Positions 46,682-56,355 of a DNA stretch of 64,000 bases are shown piece after piece (the stretch's first letter is position 1; each line of letters starts with the position of its first letter). The notes below the pieces were generated by a model that searched no databases, was not told where the DNA came from, and saw only the letters and a program-made list of their open reading frames with translations. A program made the translations under genes and the position numbers. The stretch is from Rhodothermales bacterium (GTDB lineage: Bacteria; Bacteroidota; Rhodothermia; Rhodothermales; Bin80), in contig OZ244857.1 in the NCBI GenBank assembly GCA_965220935.1, forward strand, positions 3,047,998 through 3,111,997, in the 5' to 3' direction.

Positions 46682-46942
46682 TCTATATCTTAATAATTTG
46701 ACTCGTTTGCACATTAAGCTTCACGCACACCACCATTATTCAGTTGTGATTTAAAAAGTAGCAACTCCAGCCAGAACTGTTGCTGAAAGGAATAATTCCA
46801 TAATGCTTCAAACAGCAATTGATCAAACGAGTAGGCATTTCTCGTTATCAATCCTGTTTGATCAATTGTATCTGGAGGAGAATCACCACCAGTACATCGG
46901 TGCCAAAAAAGTAATAGTACCAGAGGGGTACGTTTAAAAAAT

Positions 46943-46952
46943 GGGGGGGGGG
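46943..46952. repeat. Homopolymeric G10 (C10 on the coding strand) ~230-260 bp upstream of the pilus-like operon
   Basis: The sequence aaaaaatGGGGGGGGGGatttat was counted directly. Confidence 0.9.
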
Positions 46953-47194
46953 ATTTATAAGCACCCAACCCAACCACAAATGACTGGGATTTTAAGTATA
47001 TCAGTATGATATCAGGGGCCAACATTATCCAGATGTATTAGATTGATCTGCGAGGTTATACATCTCGCGCCACGAAGAGTTGCTCAACATTAAAAGATAA
47101 ACATTTTTTATCAATCATGGTTCCCAGACTTTGGACAAATAACCATTGTAGCCTTACACACATGGCAATCCATAAAGTTTCATTTGTGTATACC

Positions 47195-50100
47195 TAGTGC
47201 CTGACAATAAACTCTAATTCTGGGTTAGCATAGGATCGCAAGGGCTATATTTTACAAGTACTTACCGATAGTTTGCTTGTTCATTTTGCGGTTATTTTAG
47301 GCGTTGAAGATTTTTCATGAAAAAATCGAAACTTTTCCTGTGGCGGTGGATATCACTGTATTTATAGGACTTTTCTGGGGTTTTTCTTTCTGAATTGATC
47401 AAGATTTGAAAAATCTTCACCGTTCATTTAATTACATCATTGACTATGCGCGCACAATTTGACACTGAACCGACACTGGGGATGGCTTCCATTGAGGATA
47501 TGTTTGTAGATCCTCAGACGACACGTCCCAAATCATCTTGGCATTGCAGTCCATCTGGATGGCCACAGATCTACGGGATCGGATTGTCATGTACCTGCAA
47601 GAGGCGATCGGAGAGAACACAGATCAAAACACCGGGTTTGACGTACTGGCGTATCTTTGTCTTAGCCGTACTAAAATTCGGGCTTGATTATGATTTTGAC
47701 CGATTGACGTTTACGGTTAATGACTCTGCGCTCATTCGCACCTTATTACAAAATGATACGAGTGATTTTGGTCATGAGTCCTTGTATCGTGTGCAGACGA
47801 TGATCAACAATGTAAGTCTGATCACCGATGACATTTGGTCCACCCTCAATCGGATGATCGTGGATCATGGGTTAGAGGTCTTTGGAGTTGCGTCCGATGC
47901 GCCTTTGGAAGCGCGGACGGATTCGTATGTGGTGGACGCCCCATGATGTTCGGTTATTACGCGATTCAATCATTCTGGCGATGCAGATTGCTTCAAAGGC
48001 CTGGGAGGCCTTCAATTTGGGGGCGTACGACATTGCAGGTTGGCGTCAGTTAAAGCATTTGATCATTACGGTTAACAATGCCTATTTGGAGATCAACACC
48101 ACCAAAAAGCGTGAGACGAATCCAGAGCTGGTCTCAGCAATTCCCACTAAGTTTAAAACTTCCCACCATAGCGCACTTTGGGGCCTATTGTTAAACGTGA
48201 GTTTCGTAAACTATTTTGCTGAATTTTCGTCAGAAGAGCACATTTTGGACGTTATAACGACTCATCGATCAACTAGGCATTTATTTGAGGGCAATGGTTC
48301 TTCATGCGAGGCTGGTTAATTATTCTGCGGCTCATTTGTGTATTAGTTATGATTGATTCCATCATTTCACTACATTCTATCATCAATGAAACGGACGTCA
48401 CGCAAGTATTTTCACAAGAAACATTTGATTCACACCATCCGCAGCTGTTTTGAGCAGATTGAGGATACGAACGTGTCACGGGGATTTACACTGGTGGATT
48501 ACCTGATGTCGGGGTTTGCTCATTTGAAGTGTGCTTGAATTTGATCAAAAGATTCGCAATGGTTCTCCTGCGATCATCGCCAACATGAAGCGTCTGTGAA
48601 CCATGTGCCCAGTGATTCGGGTATGCGCAAGCGTCTTGATGAAGTGGATCCGTTCAATTTGCGTGGTGCTTTCAAAAAGATCTTTGCTCAATTGCAACGG
48701 GGAAAGATACTGGAGGGTTTTCGGTATATTGAGAATCATGTACTGCTTGCCATAGACGGAACCGGCATGTTTTCATCCAAGTCGGTCCACTGCCAGCATC
48801 GCAATGGAACGAAGACCTATTTTCATCACATGTTATGTGCTGCGTTGGTTCATCCGTTCAAAAAGATCGTAATTCCTCTGATGCCCGAGTCGATCATCAA
48901 GAGCGATGGCGCCACAAAAAATGACTCTGAGCGCAGTGCATGCAAGCGATTCTTGGAGTATTTTCGGCGAGAACACCCTCATTTGAAGACGATTGTGGTC
49001 CAAGATGGACTCTTTTCCAATGCGCCCCATCTTCGGCTTTTAGGGTGTCTTAATTTAAGATATATCATTGGAGCGAAGCCTGGAGATCATACGTTCATGT
49101 TTAACTATATTGATCGCAGTGACCAGACCCAAGAGGTGGTGATGGAGGTTGAAGGAATTCAGTATCGTTTTCGCTATAACAACGACGCCAACGCATCCAA
49201 TCGGCGGGTCAATTTTTTAGAGGTATATGAAACCAGGCGCGGGACCAAGAAGCACTCTAAACCCAGAACAACGCGTTTTTCTTGGGTGACCGATATTCCC
49301 CTTGATGAGAAGAATCTTCTGAAGATCATGCGAGCGGGCCGGTCACGGTGGAGAATTGAAAATGAAACCATCAATACCCTCAAGAATCAGGGCTACAATT
49401 TTGAGCATAATTATGGGCACGGTTACAAGCATTTGTCCACGGTCTTTGCCTGCCTGATGATGCTGGCCTTTTTGGTGGATCAGGTAGAACAACTCTGTGA
49501 TGTGTTGTTCCATGATGCCTTGGAGAGCATGGGGCGACTCAAGTATCTAAGAGAGCGCGTGCGAAACCTGTTTCGGGAGTTTGTTTTAGAGAGTTGGGAG
49601 TTTCTATACCTGGGGATAGCGAAGGGATTTAGGGTTACTGTAGACATTGATTCATCGTAGCGGAAACCAGAGCAGTAGGGGCAGAACGTGAACCCCTGAT
49701 TATATGAGAGGGGCTGGGTGTGGTGTGTCCAGTCGTCAGAACGCACAGAAAAAAGGATCAGAAAACGTCCGATTATTGCAGGAATTGATCCTCAAAAACA
49801 AGCAAAACCCGCCAGATTTGCAGAAGATGTACCTGAAATACTAGATCAACTAAATTCTATGCCGTTAGTGGGAATTGCTGAGCTGGTCTTAGCCTTGATT
49901 TGTTACTATCGGATTCAGAAGTGTATACTGGTCTTGAATAAGATCAAAGAACTTGACCCAAGTTCAAGTCGGATTGCGCCATTAGAAAAGGTGATTGAAC
50001 AGTTCAATCGGTTGGTAGATTTGGTTCATCGTCGTGTAATAGAGGGGGAAAAGATTCCCAATGCAGAGAAGTTATTATCGCTCCATGCCGAGCATACGCG

Positions 50101-50247
50101 TTGGATTGTCAAGGGGAAGGCCATGCCCAATCAGGTGGAGTTGGGGGTGCCCGTCGCGATCACCCAATGTCAACATGGCTTGATTCTTGGATGGGAGATC
50201 ATATGGACGCAATCAGATGTAGATATGACCATTGAGATCGCCACCAA
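47195..50247 (+). mobile_element. ISNCY-like insertion sequence, copy 2 (diverged from copy 1), frameshifted, interrupted by another IS and truncated at its 3' end
   Basis: The left IR is TAGTGCCTGACAATAAAC at 47195. Track ORFs 47440..47946, 47882..48319 and 49718..50254 are collinear with copy 1. Homology to copy 1 stops at 50247. Confidence 0.55.
48136..49879 (+). mobile_element. IS4-superfamily-like DDE element nested inside ISNCY-like copy 2, with a frameshifted transposase
   Basis: The 15-nt IR is AGCAATTCCCACTAA (48136-48150; revcomp of 49865-49879). The target GAGCTGGTCT(C/T) is duplicated at 48125-48135 and 49880-49890, and the uninterrupted site is visible in copy 1. Transposase pieces are 48353..48538 and 48596..49660 (..RSRWRIENETINTLKNQGYNFEHNYGHG..). 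Confidence 0.6.
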
Positions 50248-50311
50248 GATATAATAGAAAGGAAGATTCCCTCAGAAGTGTTATTTTTCGAGGTAACCAA
50301 ACTTTCATTTC

Positions 50312-50625
50312 ATGATGTCATCTACATCTGCACCTGTTCGCTATTACGTTGGATTAGACGTTCATCGTGACACAATCTCGGCGTGTGTTTACGATGCGAC
50401 TGAGAAGCGTTACTGTGATGAGCAAATGCACACAAGCCGAAGCGTCTCACTCGGTTTGTGGAATCCACGCGTTCAAAGTATGGACCTTCCCGCTGTTGTT
50501 ATGAGGCATCCTTTTCTGGCACTGTGCTCTATGACACTTTGACCGAGCACGGCGTGGATTGCGCCATCATTGCTTGATTGCCAAGCGCTCAGGCGATCAA
50601 AACAACCCCCTATCCGTGCCGCAGC
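50312..50625 (+). pseudogene. IS110-family transposase, N-terminal fragment with frameshifts
   Basis: It contains RYYVGLDVHRDTISACVYDA, then ..TEHGVDCAIIA..LIAKRSGDQ.. in shifted frames. Confidence 0.5.
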
Positions 50626-50684
50626 TCATAGAAACCTCACCATAAAGGACATTGATCGTGCAGCTTAACATGTGGAGCAAGCAC

Positions 50685-51344
50685 TCAGCTCACCGTAACT
50701 TCTAATGTAGGTAACTGATCACTTGTTGCCTGTAAGCGATCGCCGCGCGTTACGGAGCCAACACCTTCAGGTGTTCCTGTATAGAGTAGATCTCCATATT
50801 CCAGTGTGAATATCTTGGAACAATACGAGATTAAAGATACAACTGAGAAGATCATATCGTTGGTATACCCCTTCTGTTTGGTTGACCCATTGACGGTAAG
50901 GTTTAGCGTGATTGCTTGGGGATTTTCAACTTGGGCGGCAGGCACCAGTGGACCGAGTGGTGCAAACGTATCAAACCCCTTGGCTACACTCCACGGATTA
51001 CCCTTTGCCTTTGCATCAGATTGAATGTCTCGTGCTGTCATATCTAACCCAAGGGCATACGCAGCTACATGCCTAAGGCTGGAGTCTTCTGAGATATTCT
51101 TTCCACCTTGCCCGATCATGACCACCAATTCCACCTCATGATGGACATCGGCGGACATCTCAGGAAGAATAACAGAACCTCCAGTTGGAATTAACGAAGT
51201 TGGCGGTTTCAAAAAAATCACGGGCTGCTCTGGAACAGAGTCGCTCATTTCTGCAACATGTAGGGCATAGTTCCGGCCAATACAGAGTATTTTCCCCACA
51301 TTCACTCGCTCCAAAGTACAAGGATCGATCAACATCATCGTCAT
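50685..51344 (-). CDS. Fumarylacetoacetate hydrolase (FAH) family protein
   Basis: It contains KILCIGRNYALHVAEM...HHEVELVVMIG...PWSVAKGFDTFAPLGP...TGTPEGVG. Confidence 0.8.
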   Translation of the reverse strand: MTMMLIDPCTLERVNVGKILCIGRNYALHVAEMSDSVPEQPVIFLKPPTSLIPTGGSVILPEMSADVHHEVELVVMIGQGGKNISEDSSLRHVAAYALGLDMTARDIQSDAKAKGNPWSVAKGFDTFAPLGPLVPAAQVENPQAITLNLTVNGSTKQKGYTNDMIFSVVSLISYCSKIFTLEYGDLLYTGTPEGVGSVTRGDRLQATSDQLPTLEVTVS

Positions 51345-51590
51345 GCAATAGTGAAAATTTCTTTAACCTCATAAGAGGTGCGATGTTGAGAGCATTTAAC
51401 CGCGATACTAGATTTATCTTACAGGGGACTCGGAAATTAAAGATCTATTTTAGATCTACAACTCAAAGAAATCAAACCTTGTATCAATACACTTGCAGTG
51501 ATTAGGATAACGCCACCGTTGCCGAAACCTCCATATCTGAAGGGTGTATACCATACTAAACGAAACCCAGTATCTCCGAACTTTTTATTT

Positions 51591-51785
51591 GGGAATTATA
51601 TAGATGATTACGCAAACCACCTATCCATTTGACGGGTTCTCGGAGTTCCTAACGGAAACGCTCCTCGCCGTCCATTCAACACCGCTAGTTTGTGCGGTAG
51701 ACATCGCCAATCCCGAACGTAACGCTCCAAATATACGATTTTTTCATAATAAAACAATTCATGCGTGATCATCTCTATAATTCCC
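51591..51785 (-). mobile_element. 195-bp MITE of the GGGAATTATATA family, flanked by the 8-bp TSD TTTTATTT
   Basis: The IRs are GGGAATTATATAGATGATTACGCA (51591-) and, as revcomp ending at 51785, GGGAATTATAGAGATGATCACGCA. The direct repeat TTTTATTT lies at 51583-51590 and 51786-51793. The interior segment 51622-51715 is homologous to the tnpB 3' end (20778-20845). Confidence 0.75.
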
Positions 51786-52127
51786 TTTTATTTCATCAAA
51801 TTAGGTTGCCTGATTAATTTGTATCTGACATTACATTATTCTAGTTTGCGGTATCAAGATAATCCCCAAATAGAATAAAATCGTGGAATGGTTATTTCGT
51901 ATTGATTCAACTTTTTGACTTGACTGATTATCCCGTGCAGATGCATTAGGTTGTTTTTCTAACATCATGAAAGGGATCATTTCTTTCACTCACAAGATTA
52001 ACCACGCATCAAAGGATTGTTTTTCCATTGACGCTCGTTATGCAGAGAAAAAGAAACTTTTTATCTGCCTAAGCATTACACTGGGCTACCTTTAATATAA
52101 CGCGTCAATCAAAACGCTTAATTCAAT

Positions 52128-52448
52128 ATGTTTGCAGTTGTCAATATCAGCGGGAAGCAGTTCCGCGTTGCTGAAAAGGATACCCTTTTCATCCCTTACA
52201 TAGCGGATGCACAAGAAGGAGACACGCTTCACTTTGATGAGGTGCTCCTGATTGCTGACCAAGAGAATGTCACCTTGGGGCATCCTCATATCGCTGGCGC
52301 TCATGTATCTGGGGAGGTCATTCAACATGTTCGTGGAGATAAAATTCTTGTTTTTAAGAAAAAGCGCCGTAAGCGCTACAAGGTTAAACAAGGTCATCGC
52401 CAACGGTATACTCAAATAAAAATTTCATCACTCTCCACTGGAGAATAA
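52128..52448 (+). CDS. rplU: 50S ribosomal protein L21
   Basis: It contains [20 protein letters not shown]...[16 protein letters not shown]. Confidence 0.9.
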   Translation: MFAVVNISGKQFRVAEKDTLFIPYIADAQEGDTLHFDEVLLIADQENVTLGHPHIAGAHVSGEVIQHVRGDKILVFKKKRRKRYKVKQGHRQRYTQIKISSLSTGE

Positions 52449-52459
52449 ACGATAAGATT

Positions 52460-52726
52460 ATGGCTCATAAGAAGGGGCTTGGCTCCACTAAAAACGGACG
52501 CGACTCCAACCCGAAGATGCTCGGCGTAAAGGTTTACGCAGGTCAACATATCTTCGCTGGAGGGATCATCGTTCGGCAGCGTGGCACTCGAATCCACCCT
52601 GGACTCAACGTTGCGAGAGGTGGAGATGATACACTCTTTGCTCTTCAAGAAGGACTGGTTCGTTTTTCAAATGGACGAAAAAATCGAAAAATCGTCCATG
52701 TTGACCCTGTTGCATCTCTTGACTAA
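52460..52726 (+). CDS. rpmA: 50S ribosomal protein L27
   Basis: It contains [23 protein letters not shown]...[13 protein letters not shown]. Confidence 0.9.
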   Translation: MAHKKGLGSTKNGRDSNPKMLGVKVYAGQHIFAGGIIVRQRGTRIHPGLNVARGGDDTLFALQEGLVRFSNGRKNRKIVHVDPVASLD

Positions 52727-52744
52727 TCTAACCGTGATTTCGCA

Positions 52745-54829
52745 ATGGGCTTCATGAATCGTATGCGAGAAAACACAGGAATTGTCCTGTGGATTCTCGT
52801 CCTTTCCTTTGGTGGACTATGGGTGCTCCAAGATTCTGGCGTGTTTGACACAATCGGAGCTGACCCTCTTGGCAAAGTCATTGTTGTTGATGGCGACCCT
52901 ATCACTCGTGATATATATAGCCGACAACTAGAAACACAGTTGGAACAGATCCGGCGCTCATCCAATGGTACTGTATTACCTCAGCAATTAGAAACAGAGC
53001 GCGAGCGAGCCTTCAACTTTTTGGTTGATAGTAAAATCCGTGAGCATGTGATGGATGAGTTAGGAATTACGGTAAGTGATACCGAAGTGCGTGAACTGAT
53101 CACTGGTGAGAATCCCCACTGGCTCATTCGACAAAATTTTTCCGATAACCAAGGTGGAATCAACCGCGCACTTCTTCAAAATGTCATTGATGATCCTGCG
53201 CAGTCACCCTATCTGATCCAATTAGAACAATACATCCGACTTGAACGCCGCCAACAGAGATTAAATGAATTGCTTGAATCATCGGTTCGGGTATCTGAGA
53301 CAGATGTTAAGGCGCAATGGAATCTAACCGAAACTGTAACTGATGCTGAATTCTTCCTCTTGAGATTTGCCGATGTCCCTGACTCTTTAATCACCGTGAG
53401 TGATCGTGATGTAGAAAGATATTATTCAGACCATCGTGAAGATTACGCATTGAAACGCATTTACTCTGTTGAAATTGGCGCTCTCTCTCGACTACCCGCT
53501 AGTGAAGACACCTTAGCGGTCATGGAAGAGATTCAACGGCTGCGCCAAGAATTTATTGAAACAGATAATGATTCGTTATTTCTTGCCCAGTCTGCAAGTG
53601 AATCTACATGGTCGGATAATTTCGTTGGTGCCTCAACTCTGTCTCCCGAAGTATCCAGCGCCCTCTTTGAGCAAGATTCTGCACCTGAAAAAGGAGATCT
53701 TATCGGCCCGATGATTGTCAATGGACAGGCGCAGTTAATCAAGATTGCCGATACTCAACCCTCTGAAGAAACTCATGTCCGCGCAAGACATATCTTGATC
53801 AATACCGATAATGGCCGCGATTCAATTCTAGATATCCGTCGCAGAATTCAATCTGGCGAAGACTTCGCCACCGTTGCTACTGAGATGAGTGACGATACTG
53901 GTAGTGGGTTTAATGGAGGCGATCTCGGTTGGTTTGGACCCGGAAGGATGGTCGCCCCCTTTGAAGATGCTGCCTTCAGCGCTCGAATTGGCGCGTTGGT
54001 CGGCCCCATTGAAACAGACTTTGGATTCCACCTTATTGAAGTCACCCATCGCGCTCCCGTAGATGTGCAACTATCCCGATTAGCCTACACTATTGATGCA
54101 TCCGTTGCAACGCTCAACAGCATCCAGGAGACCTTAGAGGACTTGCGATATTACGCTGAAGAGGAAGGGAGCTTTGTTGATGAAGCACAGCGCCGAGGGA
54201 TTGCGGTTGAATCTCTCCAGATTCAAGAGGAGCAGACATCAATTCCTGGCTTTGGTCAGAGCTATGCTATTGAAGCGTTTTTACGCGATGCAAAAACTCA
54301 TGATATTAGTCCTGTGATTGAATTGAATGAATTCGCACTTGTTGTTCATGTCGTTGAAATTGAACCCGCTGGATATCAACCACTAGAAACAGTTGAAGAA
54401 CAACTACGGCAATTAGTGGCTCTGGATAAAAAACGTGACTATCAGGTTAATCGCTTACAAGCCGCCTATGATTCTGGTGGGTTTAATGGTCTTTCCGATG
54501 CCCTTGATATTTCACCACAAATAGCGACGGACCTATCATTTAATAATCCAGTGATCAGTGGCTTAGGTAGAGATTACCAGTTTATTGGGGCAACCTCTGC
54601 CCTTGACGAGGGGGAAGATTCTGGAGTCATCGTCGGTGAGAATGCCGCATATGTGATTCGTACCACATATATCTCAGAACCTATTGAGATATCCGACAGT
54701 GAACTGGAATCTATTATGTCGGATCTGAGCCGAGAGCAAAAAACCTCAATCAGTCAAGATTGGATCAATTCTCTGCGCGAATCTGCAAAGATTGAAGATC
54801 TAAGGACAGATCTTCTCCCGATTCAGTAA
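52745..54829 (+). CDS. Periplasmic chaperone / peptidyl-prolyl isomerase, PpiD/SurA-like with a parvulin domain
   Basis: It has an N-terminal anchor (IVLWILVLSFGGLWV). The parvulin core reads VRARHILI...GGDLGWFGPGRMVAPFEDAAF...GFHLIEV. Confidence 0.75.
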   Translation: MGFMNRMRENTGIVLWILVLSFGGLWVLQDSGVFDTIGADPLGKVIVVDGDPITRDIYSRQLETQLEQIRRSSNGTVLPQQLETERERAFNFLVDSKIREHVMDELGITVSDTEVRELITGENPHWLIRQNFSDNQGGINRALLQNVIDDPAQSPYLIQLEQYIRLERRQQRLNELLESSVRVSETDVKAQWNLTETVTDAEFFLLRFADVPDSLITVSDRDVERYYSDHREDYALKRIYSVEIGALSRLPASEDTLAVMEEIQRLRQEFIETDNDSLFLAQSASESTWSDNFVGASTLSPEVSSALFEQDSAPEKGDLIGPMIVNGQAQLIKIADTQPSEETHVRARHILINTDNGRDSILDIRRRIQSGEDFATVATEMSDDTGSGFNGGDLGWFGPGRMVAPFEDAAFSARIGALVGPIETDFGFHLIEVTHRAPVDVQLSRLAYTIDASVATLNSIQETLEDLRYYAEEEGSFVDEAQRRGIAVESLQIQEEQTSIPGFGQSYAIEAFLRDAKTHDISPVIELNEFALVVHVVEIEPAGYQPLETVEEQLRQLVALDKKRDYQVNRLQAAYDSGGFNGLSDALDISPQIATDLSFNNPVISGLGRDYQFIGATSALDEGEDSGVIVGENAAYVIRTTYISEPIEISDSELESIMSDLSREQKTSISQDWINSLRESAKIEDLRTDLLPIQ

Positions 54830-55109
54830 CACTTTCTGCCCAAAGTATAGAGCTTTCGGGGCCTCAGCCTATAGTGTGAGAGTAATCGTAAAGCTAGGAA
54901 ATTCTAAATCACTATGCACGGTTTAGAACTCAAAAGCCCACGATGATACGCCTTCATGCAGCACTGGACGCATTGATTGGGCTGAACCGTATCACAACTC
55001 ATTGTCCGTTACAGATACTACCGCTCACGGCTCCATATTGAGGTTCACTCACCTTGAATCATTCATCTTCAGTGTCTGCGATAAAAATCTTTAAAGCCAA
55101 CGACGAAAA

Positions 55110-55260
55110 CTTTTTAACCCATAATATTCATGACGGAGCGATTTGATCTAAGATTGATCATTTCACATGAATGGTTGAATGTTCTTTTCTACGATGATTC
55201 CATGCTCCCCATGAACAATTCACGAAAAGAGAATCACGTAGCGAGTGATTCACCTATTAC
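55110..55260 (-). pseudogene. Third copy of the ISL3-type 3' remnant (weak)
   Basis: Segment 55108-55160 is nearly identical to 249-300 (ccataatattcatgacggagcgatttgatct..). The adjacent minus-strand translation YVILFS*IVHGEHG resembles IAILFFCGGLDLH. Confidence 0.3.
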
Positions 55261-55464
55261 ATCACCGCTTCTTGATAGATCGTGGAAACATACTGGGCAG
55301 TATCTGGCAAACTGGCTGAATCCATGGGCGCGCCTTGGAGCGTGATGACATCATTTCTGCACTCCAAGAAGAATATTCCCCATCATAGCAGAAGATCTCT
55401 TTCAAAAAGCACTTGAGCTTGGAATGATTGATGAACGAGGCATAGTGGACAATCATTTTCCAGT

Positions 55465-55474
55465 CCCCCCCCCC
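55465..55474. repeat. Homopolymeric C10 tract in IS debris
   Basis: The sequence cagtCCCCCCCCCCttcc was counted directly. Confidence 0.9.
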
Positions 55475-55773
55475 TTCCTATTCAAGTCTGATGGATGAAT
55501 ATCCGAATGGCAAAACCAAGATACAGCCACCCAAGCAGGCCAGCTATTGAATCTACCAAAAAAAATGATGTCAAGTCAGATGCGGAAACCTTGATAAAGG
55601 TTGCGGCGATTCTTCAATGGAACGATCACCGAATTACATGCAAATGGAACCGTCGAGAATCACGCCATTTTTAATGGTTTTCAAGTCATCATCATGACCA
55701 TTACTGAAACATAGAATGTTGGTTATTGTATGAAAATTGATCGTAACCTTCAATATTCGTCACCGACAGCATC

Positions 55774-56232
55774 ATGATGAAACTACTTACGGATTTCTCT
55801 GTGGAGGATTTGGAACAGGCTCTGCAATGGGCAAAAGATGGTGCGAAGTTTGATAACGCGAGAGATGATGTTCCTGAAGCGGCTCAGGCATGGGTGCGTG
55901 GACGGATTGAACTCGTGCGAGATATGTTTGAGGCTCAGCATAAGGCCACTGGTCAGTGGCTACGTGAAGAGATCGGATTGAGCGACATTGAGCAGCCTTT
56001 TCGCGAAACATTCACGGGTTGGATCCAGGAGGCTATCCATCCACGCATGGAGTATTATAAACGACATAAAGATACGGGAATCGCTCATTGGCGAAGTAGA
56101 AAACGATCCAAAGAGGAGTGTCAGGAAGCATTTGAGTTCCTCGCAAGCGGGAAACCAGTGAATCGGCTCAAAGATCTTCCATCAGCCCTGCGAACAGATG
56201 CACCTGAGTACTGGACTGGAAATCAATACTAG
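55774..56232 (+). CDS. Hypothetical protein (152 aa)
   Basis: The ORF is unbroken, but I recognised no motif. It lies between IS debris and the ISL3 element. Confidence 0.35.
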   Translation: MMKLLTDFSVEDLEQALQWAKDGAKFDNARDDVPEAAQAWVRGRIELVRDMFEAQHKATGQWLREEIGLSDIEQPFRETFTGWIQEAIHPRMEYYKRHKDTGIAHWRSRKRSKEECQEAFEFLASGKPVNRLKDLPSALRTDAPEYWTGNQY

Positions 56233-56355
56233 ACACCTTGAGAAAAAAAAGCGCGATGCTGACTGGATTGCCTCTGGGTTCCACAATATGAGTCGGACTG
56301 AGAAGAATATCGATGCAGAATGCATTGAATCGGTGGAGTCAGGACTATATGATTT

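Noticed and set aside
46714-47025. A 103-aa minus-strand ORF upstream of the pilus operon.
   Set aside because: Its low-complexity translation runs through the homopolymer tract, with no signal peptide or recognisable motif. I treated the region as non-coding leader or promoter.
51795-52127. A possible ribosomal-protein leader or regulatory RNA upstream of rplU.
   Set aside because: I could not recognise any known leader structure. The region is also disturbed by the MITE insertion.
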